64,000 nt of DNA, from positions 7,654-71,653 of the IMG/VR virus record IMGVR_UViG_3300031965_000013. One strand, written 5' to 3'. Positions 52,971 to 61,577 of this stretch are shown here, in pieces; the first letter of the stretch is position 1; each line of letters starts with the position of its first letter. The notes under the pieces were generated by a model. That model was given only the letters and a program-made list of their open reading frames with translations. It was not told the DNA's origin and searched no databases. Position numbers and translations under genes: made by a program. The stretch is from a virus (taxonomy: Duplodnaviria; Caudoviricetes).

Positions 52971-53546
52971 TCAGAACTCGTAGCCGAAATGGGCAATCTC
53001 GCTGGCAAAGCACCGGGCCACCAGCATTCGCGTCTCCGCGTCGAAATATTCCCGGTACGGCTTGCGATCGGGATGCCGTTTTAGATGCAGATCAAGCCGC
53101 GTCAACGGAAGCCCGATGCTCTGCATGACGGCGGCGAACGATGTCTGCAACTCCTCGTAGCGGAACACATCGAACACCGGCCGATCACCGTCGGTGTACT
53201 TCGGCCAGTCGACCGGAGCGCCTTTCTCGATAAAGTCGCACAATCCGTCACTGAAAGTGCCCGAGATGTCCCGCTTGAACAGCCAGTCTGAAATAGTCTT
53301 GTCCCAAGGATTGCGCTCAAACGCACACCAGTAGTAGCCATCGACCGGCGCCATATCGCTTATGGTGCTCCAGTCCAGATGTCCGCTTGTGCCCTCTAGG
53401 CAGTTGCGCCGTGGCGTACCGTCACGTTCCGATCCCGTGCAGATGTCATTCGGCCCGAGAAACGGAAACAGCGCCGCCTCGATGCTCGACCCTGCCGTCT
53501 TGCGTGTCTTGACGAAGACGAAACGGTGCCGGTGACTGACGATCAT
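52971..53546 (-). CDS. Sulfotransferase (Sulfotransfer_2-like)
   Basis: FVFVKTRKTAGSSI and ERNPWDKTIS. Confidence 0.8.
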   Translation of the reverse strand: MIVSHRHRFVFVKTRKTAGSSIEAALFPFLGPNDICTGSERDGTPRRNCLEGTSGHLDWSTISDMAPVDGYYWCAFERNPWDKTISDWLFKRDISGTFSDGLCDFIEKGAPVDWPKYTDGDRPVFDVFRYEELQTSFAAVMQSIGLPLTRLDLHLKRHPDRKPYREYFDAETRMLVARCFASEIAHFGYEF

Positions 53547-53759
53547 TCAAGCGGCCCAGTCATGCCACCACGGGATCGTGGCGAACGCGATCGTGAGCAG
53601 CACGCAAATCGCGACGCAGAATGAGAGAACCCAGACGTCCAGGTTGCGCTCAGCATCCGGCTCGTCCTTCAAAGTTTGAACGAGCGCGACAACGAGCAGC
53701 CCAACGATAGCCCAGCCCGGAAGCGAGCCCACGAGAAACCATGCAGAGTTAACTGTCAT
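53547..53759 (-). CDS. Small two-TM protein
   Basis: Two hydrophobic helices; coupled. Confidence 0.55.
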   Translation of the reverse strand: MTVNSAWFLVGSLPGWAIVGLLVVALVQTLKDEPDAERNLDVWVLSFCVAICVLLTIAFATIPWWHDWAA

Positions 53760-54577
53760 GACGCCCGCACCCCGGCGCTGATATGTCGCCACGCCGTGCC
53801 GTCGGCCAGTTCCTCCAGCGTCCACTGCGCATAGGCAATCCGGGCCGCCCACTCCCGACGATCCGGCATCGGCGGCGCGATTAGATCAGCAAGCGAGTGC
53901 CCCGTGACATCCCACGCCATCGAGCCCTCATCCATGGCAATCGTCGGAATGCCTTTGATTACCGCATCGACGGCTGAATTGGAGTTGAACGTAACCACCG
54001 CGCTTGTGCGATCGAGATCGTTCTTGAGAAACTTTTTGCGACTGACGGTGCAGGCAATACCGAACGCCCCGCCCTTGTTGAGAGCCACTGGATGCGGCCG
54101 GAACATCACATACAATCCGCGGTGCCGAAGCGTCTCAGCTGTCTTTCGGCACCAGGCGATGTGATCGTGATGCTGCACGCTCGCATCCCATGGAACCTGT
54201 CCGCACAACAACACCGGCCCACGGCGGCGCTTCCAATATCTCAACTTGATCTCGAGCGCTTTCCATCGATCGTCCGGCACATCGGCATTACAGAAATCGG
54301 CACGGCCGTTGATGCCGTCCCATCCCAAAGCCAGATATTTGTCGCGTCGAACGTAGCCACGCTCGCAGATCAGAACCCGCCCGCCATATTGTCGCGTTCG
54401 AGCTATAACCTCGCCCTTGGGTCCGGTCGACGGGTCGGCCGGCTTGTAGGTGCCGAAGATCACCGCAACGTCACATGGCTCCCATTCAGTCGCGGGCCGC
54501 TTCACCACGCCGGGGATGCCTTCGACTAGGGCATCGAGCGCCTTGAAAGGGCGATTTTCGTAGACTACGACCTTCAC
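53756..54577 (-). CDS. Capsule-synthesis (KpsS/KpsC-like) GT-B glycosyltransferase
   Basis: ERGY, GQVPWDAS, FRPHP, VVTFNSNSAVDAVIKGIP. Confidence 0.7.
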   Translation of the reverse strand: MKVVVYENRPFKALDALVEGIPGVVKRPATEWEPCDVAVIFGTYKPADPSTGPKGEVIARTRQYGGRVLICERGYVRRDKYLALGWDGINGRADFCNADVPDDRWKALEIKLRYWKRRRGPVLLCGQVPWDASVQHHDHIAWCRKTAETLRHRGLYVMFRPHPVALNKGGAFGIACTVSRKKFLKNDLDRTSAVVTFNSNSAVDAVIKGIPTIAMDEGSMAWDVTGHSLADLIAPPMPDRREWAARIAYAQWTLEELADGTAWRHISAGVRAS

Positions 54578-55137
54578 CACCGGACACTTCCAAGGCGTCC
54601 GTCGATGGCTTGGTGAACCGGCCATGGAAAGAACTTGGCCAGCCGCTCGATATCGCCCTTGTCGTAGGCCAGATCATCCGGCAGTCCGGCAGGCACATGG
54701 CGAACCAGAACCGATATATTATAACCGTAAACACCGACACGGGCCTTGGCGCAATCGAATCCGGCAAGGATCAAATTGTAGACCAGCGTGCCCTCGGTAA
54801 AAAGGTTGATATGTCCCCCCACCAGTCTATGACGAAGTGGTGGAACAGTGATGCCAAGCAGCCCGCCCGACTCCAGATCACGCCGCACCTTTGCCAGAAA
54901 TTCTCCCATATTCGGACAATGCTCCAGCACATGCGAGCACCAGATCGCATCGTACAGTCCACATTCAACGGCCATGTAATCGCCGCGAATGTCCGGCTCG
55001 TAGCCGAGATCAATGCCGGTGACGGTCAAGCCAGCCTCGCGCATGATGATTGCGTGCTCGCCGCGTCCCGACCCGATATCCAGAACACGCCTGGGCCGTT
55101 CTACGATAAAGCGATCCAACGCCTCGCCGGCCTTCAT
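54574..55137 (-). CDS. Class I SAM methyltransferase
   Basis: VLDIGSGRGEH..IWCSHVLEH..ITVPP. Confidence 0.85.
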   Translation of the reverse strand: MKAGEALDRFIVERPRRVLDIGSGRGEHAIIMREAGLTVTGIDLGYEPDIRGDYMAVECGLYDAIWCSHVLEHCPNMGEFLAKVRRDLESGGLLGITVPPLRHRLVGGHINLFTEGTLVYNLILAGFDCAKARVGVYGYNISVLVRHVPAGLPDDLAYDKGDIERLAKFFPWPVHQAIDGRLGSVRW

Positions 55138-55727
55138 GTCAGAACCTCGTCTAGCGTGGCGAAGCGGAAACAATGTATCGCCGAGTCAGGGTTCAGGTTG
55201 ACCACATCCACACCGCGTCGCTCCAGTTCCGGCGCTATGGCATTGAACGCCGCGGCCCATTTCGGATGATCGGCCCGTCCAAACCGGCATTTCCACTCGT
55301 AACCGCCATGCCAGTGATTACCACCGTCAAGGTCGAAACCTATCAACACGATTCGTTTGGCTTCACGTGAAACAGCGAAATTAAGCGCGGCGAAACCGGA
55401 ATTGTGTGCCGAGTAGATCAGGCCTGGATCATCGCTGACCAGCACGTCGCGGCTCCGATCCAGAACTTCGATAGGCCCGGCCGCTTTCGGCGGAACATAG
55501 CCTCCATCGATCGCCGCCACCTTGCGTCCGACAAAACGCGCCAACACATCTGCCCGGCGCGTTACCCATACCCCGTCCGCCGAAAATACGATATCAGCCC
55601 AAGGTATTCGCCGCACACTGTCATTGATCGCCACTACGATCCCACGTCCGCGCAACTTGCCCAGATTGATACGGCTGGTGCTGGCACCGCCGCCGATCAG
55701 GAATACCGTCGCATCGGCAAATGTCAT
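55134..55727 (-). CDS. Maf/DUF115-like (sialyltransferase-fold) transferase
   Basis: VFLIGGGAS..VVAIND..NSGFAAL..IVLIGFD. Confidence 0.75.
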   Translation of the reverse strand: MTFADATVFLIGGGASTSRINLGKLRGRGIVVAINDSVRRIPWADIVFSADGVWVTRRADVLARFVGRKVAAIDGGYVPPKAAGPIEVLDRSRDVLVSDDPGLIYSAHNSGFAALNFAVSREAKRIVLIGFDLDGGNHWHGGYEWKCRFGRADHPKWAAAFNAIAPELERRGVDVVNLNPDSAIHCFRFATLDEVLT

Positions 55728-56080
55728 GTAGCCTCGGCACCGCCGCAGTTGCGCCGCTCAATATCGTCCGGCGACAGCGGCTCGGGGTAATACAGCTCAA
55801 GCGCCTCCACTGGTTCATCGAGTGACCGGAAAATGTGAAACTCGCTAGGCTTGACGGTGCAGAGATCGCCTGGCCCCAGCGTAGTCACGTCCACCAGCTC
55901 GTAATCGTTCTTGTGGACCTCGATCACCAGCTTGCCGGAGATGACGTAGAACAGATTGGACTTGTGCTTGTGGCGGTGCAGTGAGCAGTGGTGATTAGGC
56001 TTGATGAAAACTCGGCTGAACTCGACGAAGGCGTTGCAAAACAGCGGTTCGGTCTGGCCCCAGACTTTCCCGGCCTTCAC
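55724..56080 (-). CDS. Cupin (sugar isomerase-like)
   Basis: KVWG..SLHRHKHKSNLFYVISG..HIF. Confidence 0.8.
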   Translation of the reverse strand: MKAGKVWGQTEPLFCNAFVEFSRVFIKPNHHCSLHRHKHKSNLFYVISGKLVIEVHKNDYELVDVTTLGPGDLCTVKPSEFHIFRSLDEPVEALELYYPEPLSPDDIERRNCGGAEAT

Positions 56081-56322
56081 GGAAGGTTCACCGTATTGAA
56101 CGGAATAGTGCGGATCGAGCCGTTTGGCATCTTTGCACACAGATCAGGCTTGGCAGGTCTGCGAAATGCCCTCAAGTCAGGCCAATGCGTGGGCGTCCAC
56201 GGGTCCTGCTTCGGATATTCAAGCCACAACGACACAGCACCAACGTCGGCCATGATGGCATCGGCTTGGCGCTTCATATCACCGCGAAGATCGATCTCGT
56301 AAACCTTAACCGCGTCGATCAT
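56077..56322 (-). CDS. Hypothetical protein
   Basis: Coupled ORF inside the cluster. Confidence 0.5.
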   Translation of the reverse strand: MIDAVKVYEIDLRGDMKRQADAIMADVGAVSLWLEYPKQDPWTPTHWPDLRAFRRPAKPDLCAKMPNGSIRTIPFNTVNLP

Positions 56323-56930
56323 TGCTTCACCGCCTCTTCCAATGTCACAACCGGCCACAGACCGGCATAGGCAGACCCCGGCGAACAGTTCGCCACCGGC
56401 ACGCCAAGCCGCTTCAGCGCCGCCGCCACGGCCTTCAATTCCTCGCGCCAGTCGTCATATCTCGCCGGTCGGTACCCCTTGTGGGGATAACGTTCCTTGT
56501 GCGCCCGAACCGCGTCTGCATCATCGCGCCCATCGGCTCCGAGCAGCACGAGACGGCCGGCTCCGAGCAGTACCGCCAGTTCCATCGCACCGGCCATGCT
56601 GGTCCGATTGCAATGGATATGGTTCGGATTGCCGGCAAAGTACGGTTTCTTCGCCTTGTCTACCGTCAGAACACGCCCAAGCGGCACGCCAGATGCGTTT
56701 GTGACGATGCGGCCAGCGAAGGTTTCCAGCCTGGCGCGGTGCCGAATGAAGAAGTCCTTGTCCATGCCGAAGACATATTGAGCCCACGGCACATCCTCGA
56801 ACGAGCGATTGACTGCGATGACATGGCGACCACGTAGCAGTGCCAGGTTTTGTGTCCGATATGAAGGCCCGCCCGCAACTATGAAGACGGGTTTACCGTC
56901 CCACTCGCGCGGAACGGTCCAGCGGATCAC
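56319..56930 (-). CDS. Maf/DUF115-like transferase, paralog
   Basis: VFIVAGGPS..VIAVN..TSMAGAM..LVLLGAD. Confidence 0.75.
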   Translation of the reverse strand: MIRWTVPREWDGKPVFIVAGGPSYRTQNLALLRGRHVIAVNRSFEDVPWAQYVFGMDKDFFIRHRARLETFAGRIVTNASGVPLGRVLTVDKAKKPYFAGNPNHIHCNRTSMAGAMELAVLLGAGRLVLLGADGRDDADAVRAHKERYPHKGYRPARYDDWREELKAVAAALKRLGVPVANCSPGSAYAGLWPVVTLEEAVKQ

Positions 56931-56944
56931 AAATCAGGCTCACT

Positions 56945-57250
56945 CTAGGCTTGGATGACGGCGACCTTATCGCCCGTGGCCATCCAGAACTCGCGCATCT
57001 CACTGGCATCGAAATGCCAGCCTGAACCAGCCACTGCTGTCGGGCTTGATCCGATGGCTACCCAGCATTCAGCAGCAGCCTTCACGACAGCCACGTAACG
57101 GAACGCGGTGGCCGCCTTGTTTCCGGTCACGCTGCTTTCACCAATAGCGATCTGCTCGGTGTCGGCATTGTTTCCAAGCGCCAGACTGGCCTCGTTGAGA
57201 CGTGGCGGATTTGGCACCACGCTTGTAAGCGTCACGATAACATTGGCCAT
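56945..57250 (-). CDS. Head decoration/vertex protein candidate
   Basis: Small beta-rich protein after capsid genes; AIGSSPTA..GDKVAVI. Confidence 0.5.
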   Translation of the reverse strand: MANVIVTLTSVVPNPPRLNEASLALGNNADTEQIAIGESSVTGNKAATAFRYVAVVKAAAECWVAIGSSPTAVAGSGWHFDASEMREFWMATGDKVAVIQA

Positions 57251-57279
57251 ATCTCAGGCTCCTGCAGTGAGAATGAGAC

Positions 57280-57299
57280 GGGACGGCCGAAGCCGCCCC
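57280..57299 (-). terminator. C(UUCG)G hairpin, possible attenuator/stabiliser
   Basis: GGGGCGGC-TTCG-GCCGTCCC after DUF2190 gene; weak U tract. Confidence 0.5.
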
Positions 57300-57331
57300 A
57301 CTCCGCCCGATCAATTCAGGCTCAATGCCGA

Positions 57332-57676
57332 CTAGACATTCTGACGCGTCAGAAGGACGGTGCCCGTCGATGACGGATTGGCCGCCACAGCGACAGCCAC
57401 GCCAATCAACGTATTGCCGCCCGAAGACGTGGTGCACTCGCTGCCGGTCCAATAGATCGGATTGCCGACAGCCCACGCCTGGGCGCTGGTCTTGGGCAGG
57501 GTCCAGACGCCACTGGTCTGGATCGTCACGGCCGCTCCGGTCTCTGCATCGTGAACGCAAACACCGAACAGGCTGCCGATCAGCAGTCCGTCGCCAGACG
57601 AAACGGCAGTATCGTCACTGCCGTCAGGGGCCGTCACCGTGATCCGGTCACCGGCCTGAACAAAGTTTGTAGCCAT
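57332..57676 (-). CDS. DUF2190 capsid cement protein
   Basis: MATNFVQAGD..VSSGDGLLIGSLFGV..GVWTLPK. Confidence 0.85.
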   Translation of the reverse strand: MATNFVQAGDRITVTAPDGSDDTAVSSGDGLLIGSLFGVCVHDAETGAAVTIQTSGVWTLPKTSAQAWAVGNPIYWTGSECTTSSGGNTLIGVAVAVAANPSSTGTVLLTRQNV

Positions 57677-57741
57677 GATAAAGTCTCCGTGAAAATTGGC
57701 AGCGCTCAGGCTGCCACTGTTGTTTCAGTCAGTGCCGGGAA

Positions 57742-59856
57742 TTACTCGCCAGCGTTCTTGTACAGGCCGCGGAAGTCCAGCGCCTTGACACCGGCATCGA
57801 TGCGGACCTTGAACTCGACACCATCGACGTTCCAACCGTCACGCTGCTCAAGCATGGGCTGATCATTGCCGTTGAGATAAGCAACCTCGATGGTATCGTG
57901 CTGGTTGGCATCGGCGGCTAGATACCACGCCTTGGTGCTGTTGGTGCTCAGGCGACCGTCGGAGATAACCGTGGCAAGACTGCGCACATGGTTCGGCGTC
58001 CGCTGCGTCTTGGCAGGATCGAACTCCGAGTTCATCAGAGTGGATGCCACACCCTCAAGCTCCACCGGAACCAAGAAGTAACGCGGGCGAATATTGAGCG
58101 CCGCCGCATGACTGTCAGGGTCCTTCTGAATGGCCATGGCCGCCCGAGCCGCATCGAGCGTGGTTACGGTCGGTGCCGCACCGCTGCCGGCCAGATTACT
58201 GTGGCTGGAGTTGAACAGCGCAATGTTGTCCGACATAGCCGCATTGTCGGTCAAGACCGCATAGACAAGGTTGCCGATCGTGCGTTTGGCCGCACGGCCC
58301 ATCCGCGACGGAATGCGCGTGAAGGCGTTCAGGTCATCATTGATGACGGCCTGCCGGGTGATGGCAAACATCTTGCCGTAGGTGGCAAGCTGGATGTCTT
58401 CGCCCCGGTCACCCATCGTCCCGTAGGTGTACTCGGCGCCTTCAGGCACCTCGGACAGCGACGGGAACAGGTTCAGATCGACGCGCTTCTCAGCCTTGAA
58501 GTCAGTCAAGACACCGCGCGCCGTCCACGTATCGAAGCTCTCTTCCGCTTCCATGTATCCCTTCAGCATCGCCTTGTTGGCGACGTTGGCGAGGATTTCC
58601 ACAAAGTCGGACGTAGAGTGCTGGCCCCCCATCATGTAGGGACGGAACGCCTCGCCCGCCATCTCCAGCGGGGTGCGGAAGTTCATGGTGACATTGCGCA
58701 ACCGGAGATGCTCGCGAGCGAGATTGTCGAGCTTCATCGAGGTAAATTCGTTGACCTCTCCACCCTCCATGCCGGCCCGGAAGAGCAGCGCCTTGGTAGC
58801 GCCCTCCTTGAAGCGGTCGGACGCATCGGCACCTGCCGTGATGTGCGGCATCGTTTCCGGCTGCGGGTCGCGATCCGCCATGCTGGCGATGATCAGATCC
58901 TTGGCCTTCTCGACACTGTTGCCGGACTTCTCGATAACCTCGTAGGTCTGGTCGAGAGTCATCTTGGCGGCACGGCACCGTGACATGATATCGCGGGTCG
59001 CGTCGCGAGGTTCCGTTGCGGTCTCTACCGCAGGCGCGGACTCCGGCTTCTCGGCCGCAGCCATCTTCGCTTCGGCCGCGTCGAGACGCTGCAGAAGCGC
59101 CTGGTAGTTGACATCGAGCGACTTGTCGTTGTCGTCAGTCTGTGTGGCCTTGGTCTCCGCGGCCACCACGGGCGTTGCCTTGCTCATAGTAGCAAGCTCC
59201 TTTGGGTTTGCGGACCTAGCCGCGGGTGAAGCAGGCCGCTTGCGCGTCGTCTTGCGCTGCGCAGACTGCAGAATATGGTCGGGGGTGTTCTGGTAGAGGG
59301 TGTAATCAAACACGGCATAGGCAGTCGCCTCACCGTCGGCTTCGGCCTCGTCTGCGAATCCGAGGGCAATGGCCTCCTGACCGTCAAGCCAGGTTTCCGC
59401 CAACATCAGGTTGCGGATTTCTTCGGTCGACTTGCCGCTACGCTCGGCATAGATGGATGCCGCAATATTACCCATCTTATCGAGAACACCAGCCGTTTCT
59501 CGATGGGCTTCAGCCGTACCGAGCGTAATGCCGGACGGATCATGAATCATCATCAATGAGCCTGGCCGCATGACGATCAGATCACCAGCCATCGCCACGA
59601 CACTTGCGGCAGATGCCGCGATGCCGTCAACGTACATGGTGATTTCGCCAGGGTGGGCCTTCAGCGCGTTGAAGATCGCGGTGCCTTCACTGACGAAGCC
59701 GCCGCCGGAATTGAGACGCACCGAAACATCCCCACGGCCCAATTCATGCAATGCCTCAATTACATCGCGTGCCGTGAAATGGTCGAAGTCGTCTCCGAAA
59801 TCACCAACATCGCCATAAAGGACGAGTTCATCGCCCACGATGAGTTTATGGGGCAT
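57742..59856 (-). CDS. ClpP-like prohead protease fused to major capsid protein
   Basis: NSGGG, AASAAS, MIHDPS, ETWL..GFAD in the N-third; HK97-fold capsid C-part (LATYGKMF, DFRGLYKN). Confidence 0.92.
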   Translation of the reverse strand: MPHKLIVGDELVLYGDVGDFGDDFDHFTARDVIEALHELGRGDVSVRLNSGGGFVSEGTAIFNALKAHPGEITMYVDGIAASAASVVAMAGDLIVMRPGSLMMIHDPSGITLGTAEAHRETAGVLDKMGNIAASIYAERSGKSTEEIRNLMLAETWLDGQEAIALGFADEAEADGEATAYAVFDYTLYQNTPDHILQSAQRKTTRKRPASPAARSANPKELATMSKATPVVAAETKATQTDDNDKSLDVNYQALLQRLDAAEAKMAAAEKPESAPAVETATEPRDATRDIMSRCRAAKMTLDQTYEVIEKSGNSVEKAKDLIIASMADRDPQPETMPHITAGADASDRFKEGATKALLFRAGMEGGEVNEFTSMKLDNLAREHLRLRNVTMNFRTPLEMAGEAFRPYMMGGQHSTSDFVEILANVANKAMLKGYMEAEESFDTWTARGVLTDFKAEKRVDLNLFPSLSEVPEGAEYTYGTMGDRGEDIQLATYGKMFAITRQAVINDDLNAFTRIPSRMGRAAKRTIGNLVYAVLTDNAAMSDNIALFNSSHSNLAGSGAAPTVTTLDAARAAMAIQKDPDSHAAALNIRPRYFLVPVELEGVASTLMNSEFDPAKTQRTPNHVRSLATVISDGRLSTNSTKAWYLAADANQHDTIEVAYLNGNDQPMLEQRDGWNVDGVEFKVRIDAGVKALDFRGLYKNAGE

Positions 59857-59858
59857 GG

Positions 59859-61376
59859 CTATGCCTCCTTTCGGTCGTTCTGTTCAGGTATCTCGACGGG
59901 GCTGCCGGTGTTCGTCACCCGGCGTGGATCGGAATCGAAGATCAACCCGAGATCATCGGCCCGGCGATTGTCTTCCGCGATCTCCGCTTCAAGATCGGCA
60001 GGATCAAAGCCCCGGTTGCGCTGTTCCTCGGAACGCGAGGAAAGGCCGGAGCGGATTAGTCTTGTGGTGGCCGGCACCTCTTGGCCCGGATTGATCATTT
60101 CACGGCGAGGTTCAGACCAAATGATCTCTGCCGGCCACCTTCTGCCAATCTCGATGGCGGCGGCATCAAGAAACCATTGCCCGATCCGGTCGCAGAGTTG
60201 CGGCCTGAGCATGTGTCCGCGCCAAGCGTCGATTGATCTCTGAAATTCCAGCCAGCCCATGCGGCCGGAGGAGAAATTCACGTGAGACAGGTCGCCGGTC
60301 AGCGCCTCATAGCTTATGCCCAATCCGACGGCGACCTCACGGTCCACATTCATCATGTAGTCGCCATAATCGCCGACACCGGGCGGGTTGCCGAAGGTGA
60401 CTTGCTCACCGTTGCGCAACCGCTCGATCATACCCGGCTCGATAGTCTCCAATGGTACATCGCGGTCATTGACCTTCGTTGTACCATCCGCGTTAGTCTC
60501 TTCGATAAACTCGTCATTGCTATGAATGAACGCGGCAAAACACGCAGCAATCTTCTGCCGCATCAGATAGGCATCGGCCACGTCGGCGCGGTCTCGCATC
60601 CGCAGAATGATGGGCGCGAACCACGATACGCCGCGGGCCTGGCCGGGACGGTCGGTTCTGAAAATGTGCGCAACAGATTCCGCTGGCACGAAATGACTTT
60701 GCGTGGTGATTGAAAGCAAACTGCCAGGATGCTCGTTGAATAGGTGATACCCGGCAATCTTGCCAAACGGGGTAAATTCGATCCCCTGTATTGCCATATT
60801 GCCGTTACGCAATCGGCCGTTCACGGAATCGTCGAGGTGGTCCGGCTCCATCACTTGAAGCTGAAACGGCAGCGGCAGACGGTCCTCGGTTCGTCGCGGC
60901 CTGAAGCGCACCAGACACTCGCCCGCCTCAACCACCGTCCCCATGACCATGGCCTCAAGACCGGCCAGATTGTGCCGGCCCAGTGCATCGCACGCCGTAG
61001 TGTCGAAATGCGCCTTTAACAGCCGCTCCAGCTCAGCTTGGGCTTGAGGTACAGTGGACAAAGCCGATGGCAGAATGCCCTTGCCAACCACGTTATGGGC
61101 GATAACCTGTTTTGCTCGCGCCGCGTGCGGATTGTTGCGCACCATGTCGCGCGCAACGTCTCGCAATCGGGATCGGCCCGCCAGCACTTCCGCATTTGCA
61201 TCGGTCGATACGACGCGCCAACCCTGCGAACGCCGGCCTGTCGTGGCACCCTCGTATTGCATTCGCACGGCTGTAAGCGCCGCCGATAAGGTGCCAAGCC
61301 GAAGCCTGGCTCGTTGCCGCGCGAGACCCAGCCGCGGCGAGAGATATCCCACCGCGCGATCAAGCAGGTTGCCCAC
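59859..61376 (-). CDS. Portal protein, lambda family
   Basis: LRDVARDMVRNNPHA, RGVSW, NFSSGR. Confidence 0.93.
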   Translation of the reverse strand: MGNLLDRAVGYLSPRLGLARQRARLRLGTLSAALTAVRMQYEGATTGRRSQGWRVVSTDANAEVLAGRSRLRDVARDMVRNNPHAARAKQVIAHNVVGKGILPSALSTVPQAQAELERLLKAHFDTTACDALGRHNLAGLEAMVMGTVVEAGECLVRFRPRRTEDRLPLPFQLQVMEPDHLDDSVNGRLRNGNMAIQGIEFTPFGKIAGYHLFNEHPGSLLSITTQSHFVPAESVAHIFRTDRPGQARGVSWFAPIILRMRDRADVADAYLMRQKIAACFAAFIHSNDEFIEETNADGTTKVNDRDVPLETIEPGMIERLRNGEQVTFGNPPGVGDYGDYMMNVDREVAVGLGISYEALTGDLSHVNFSSGRMGWLEFQRSIDAWRGHMLRPQLCDRIGQWFLDAAAIEIGRRWPAEIIWSEPRREMINPGQEVPATTRLIRSGLSSRSEEQRNRGFDPADLEAEIAEDNRRADDLGLIFDSDPRRVTNTGSPVEIPEQNDRKEA

Positions 61377-61378
61377 GT

Positions 61379-61573
61379 TTACGCCCCGCTACGGAACGTG
61401 GCGAGTGTACGCCGGATGCCGGTACCGTTAACCTCGGCCTCCATGATCGCCAAGGTTTCGCGCATCTCCTTCAATGTTTGATTATTGACGGACGTGTCCC
61501 CGTGCCGGGTCGCCGCTACACCACTGGCGATCTTGCGCCTCAGATTGTCGATGTCTGATTGCGTATAAGCCAT
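61379..61573 (-). CDS. gpW-like head completion protein
   Basis: MAYTQSDIDNLRRKIASG; between terL and portal. Confidence 0.8.
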   Translation of the reverse strand: MAYTQSDIDNLRRKIASGVAATRHGDTSVNNQTLKEMRETLAIMEAEVNGTGIRRTLATFRSGA

Positions 61574-61577
61574 GATG

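Noticed and set aside
57988-58983. 331-aa plus-strand ORF
   Set aside because: Shadow of the capsid gene
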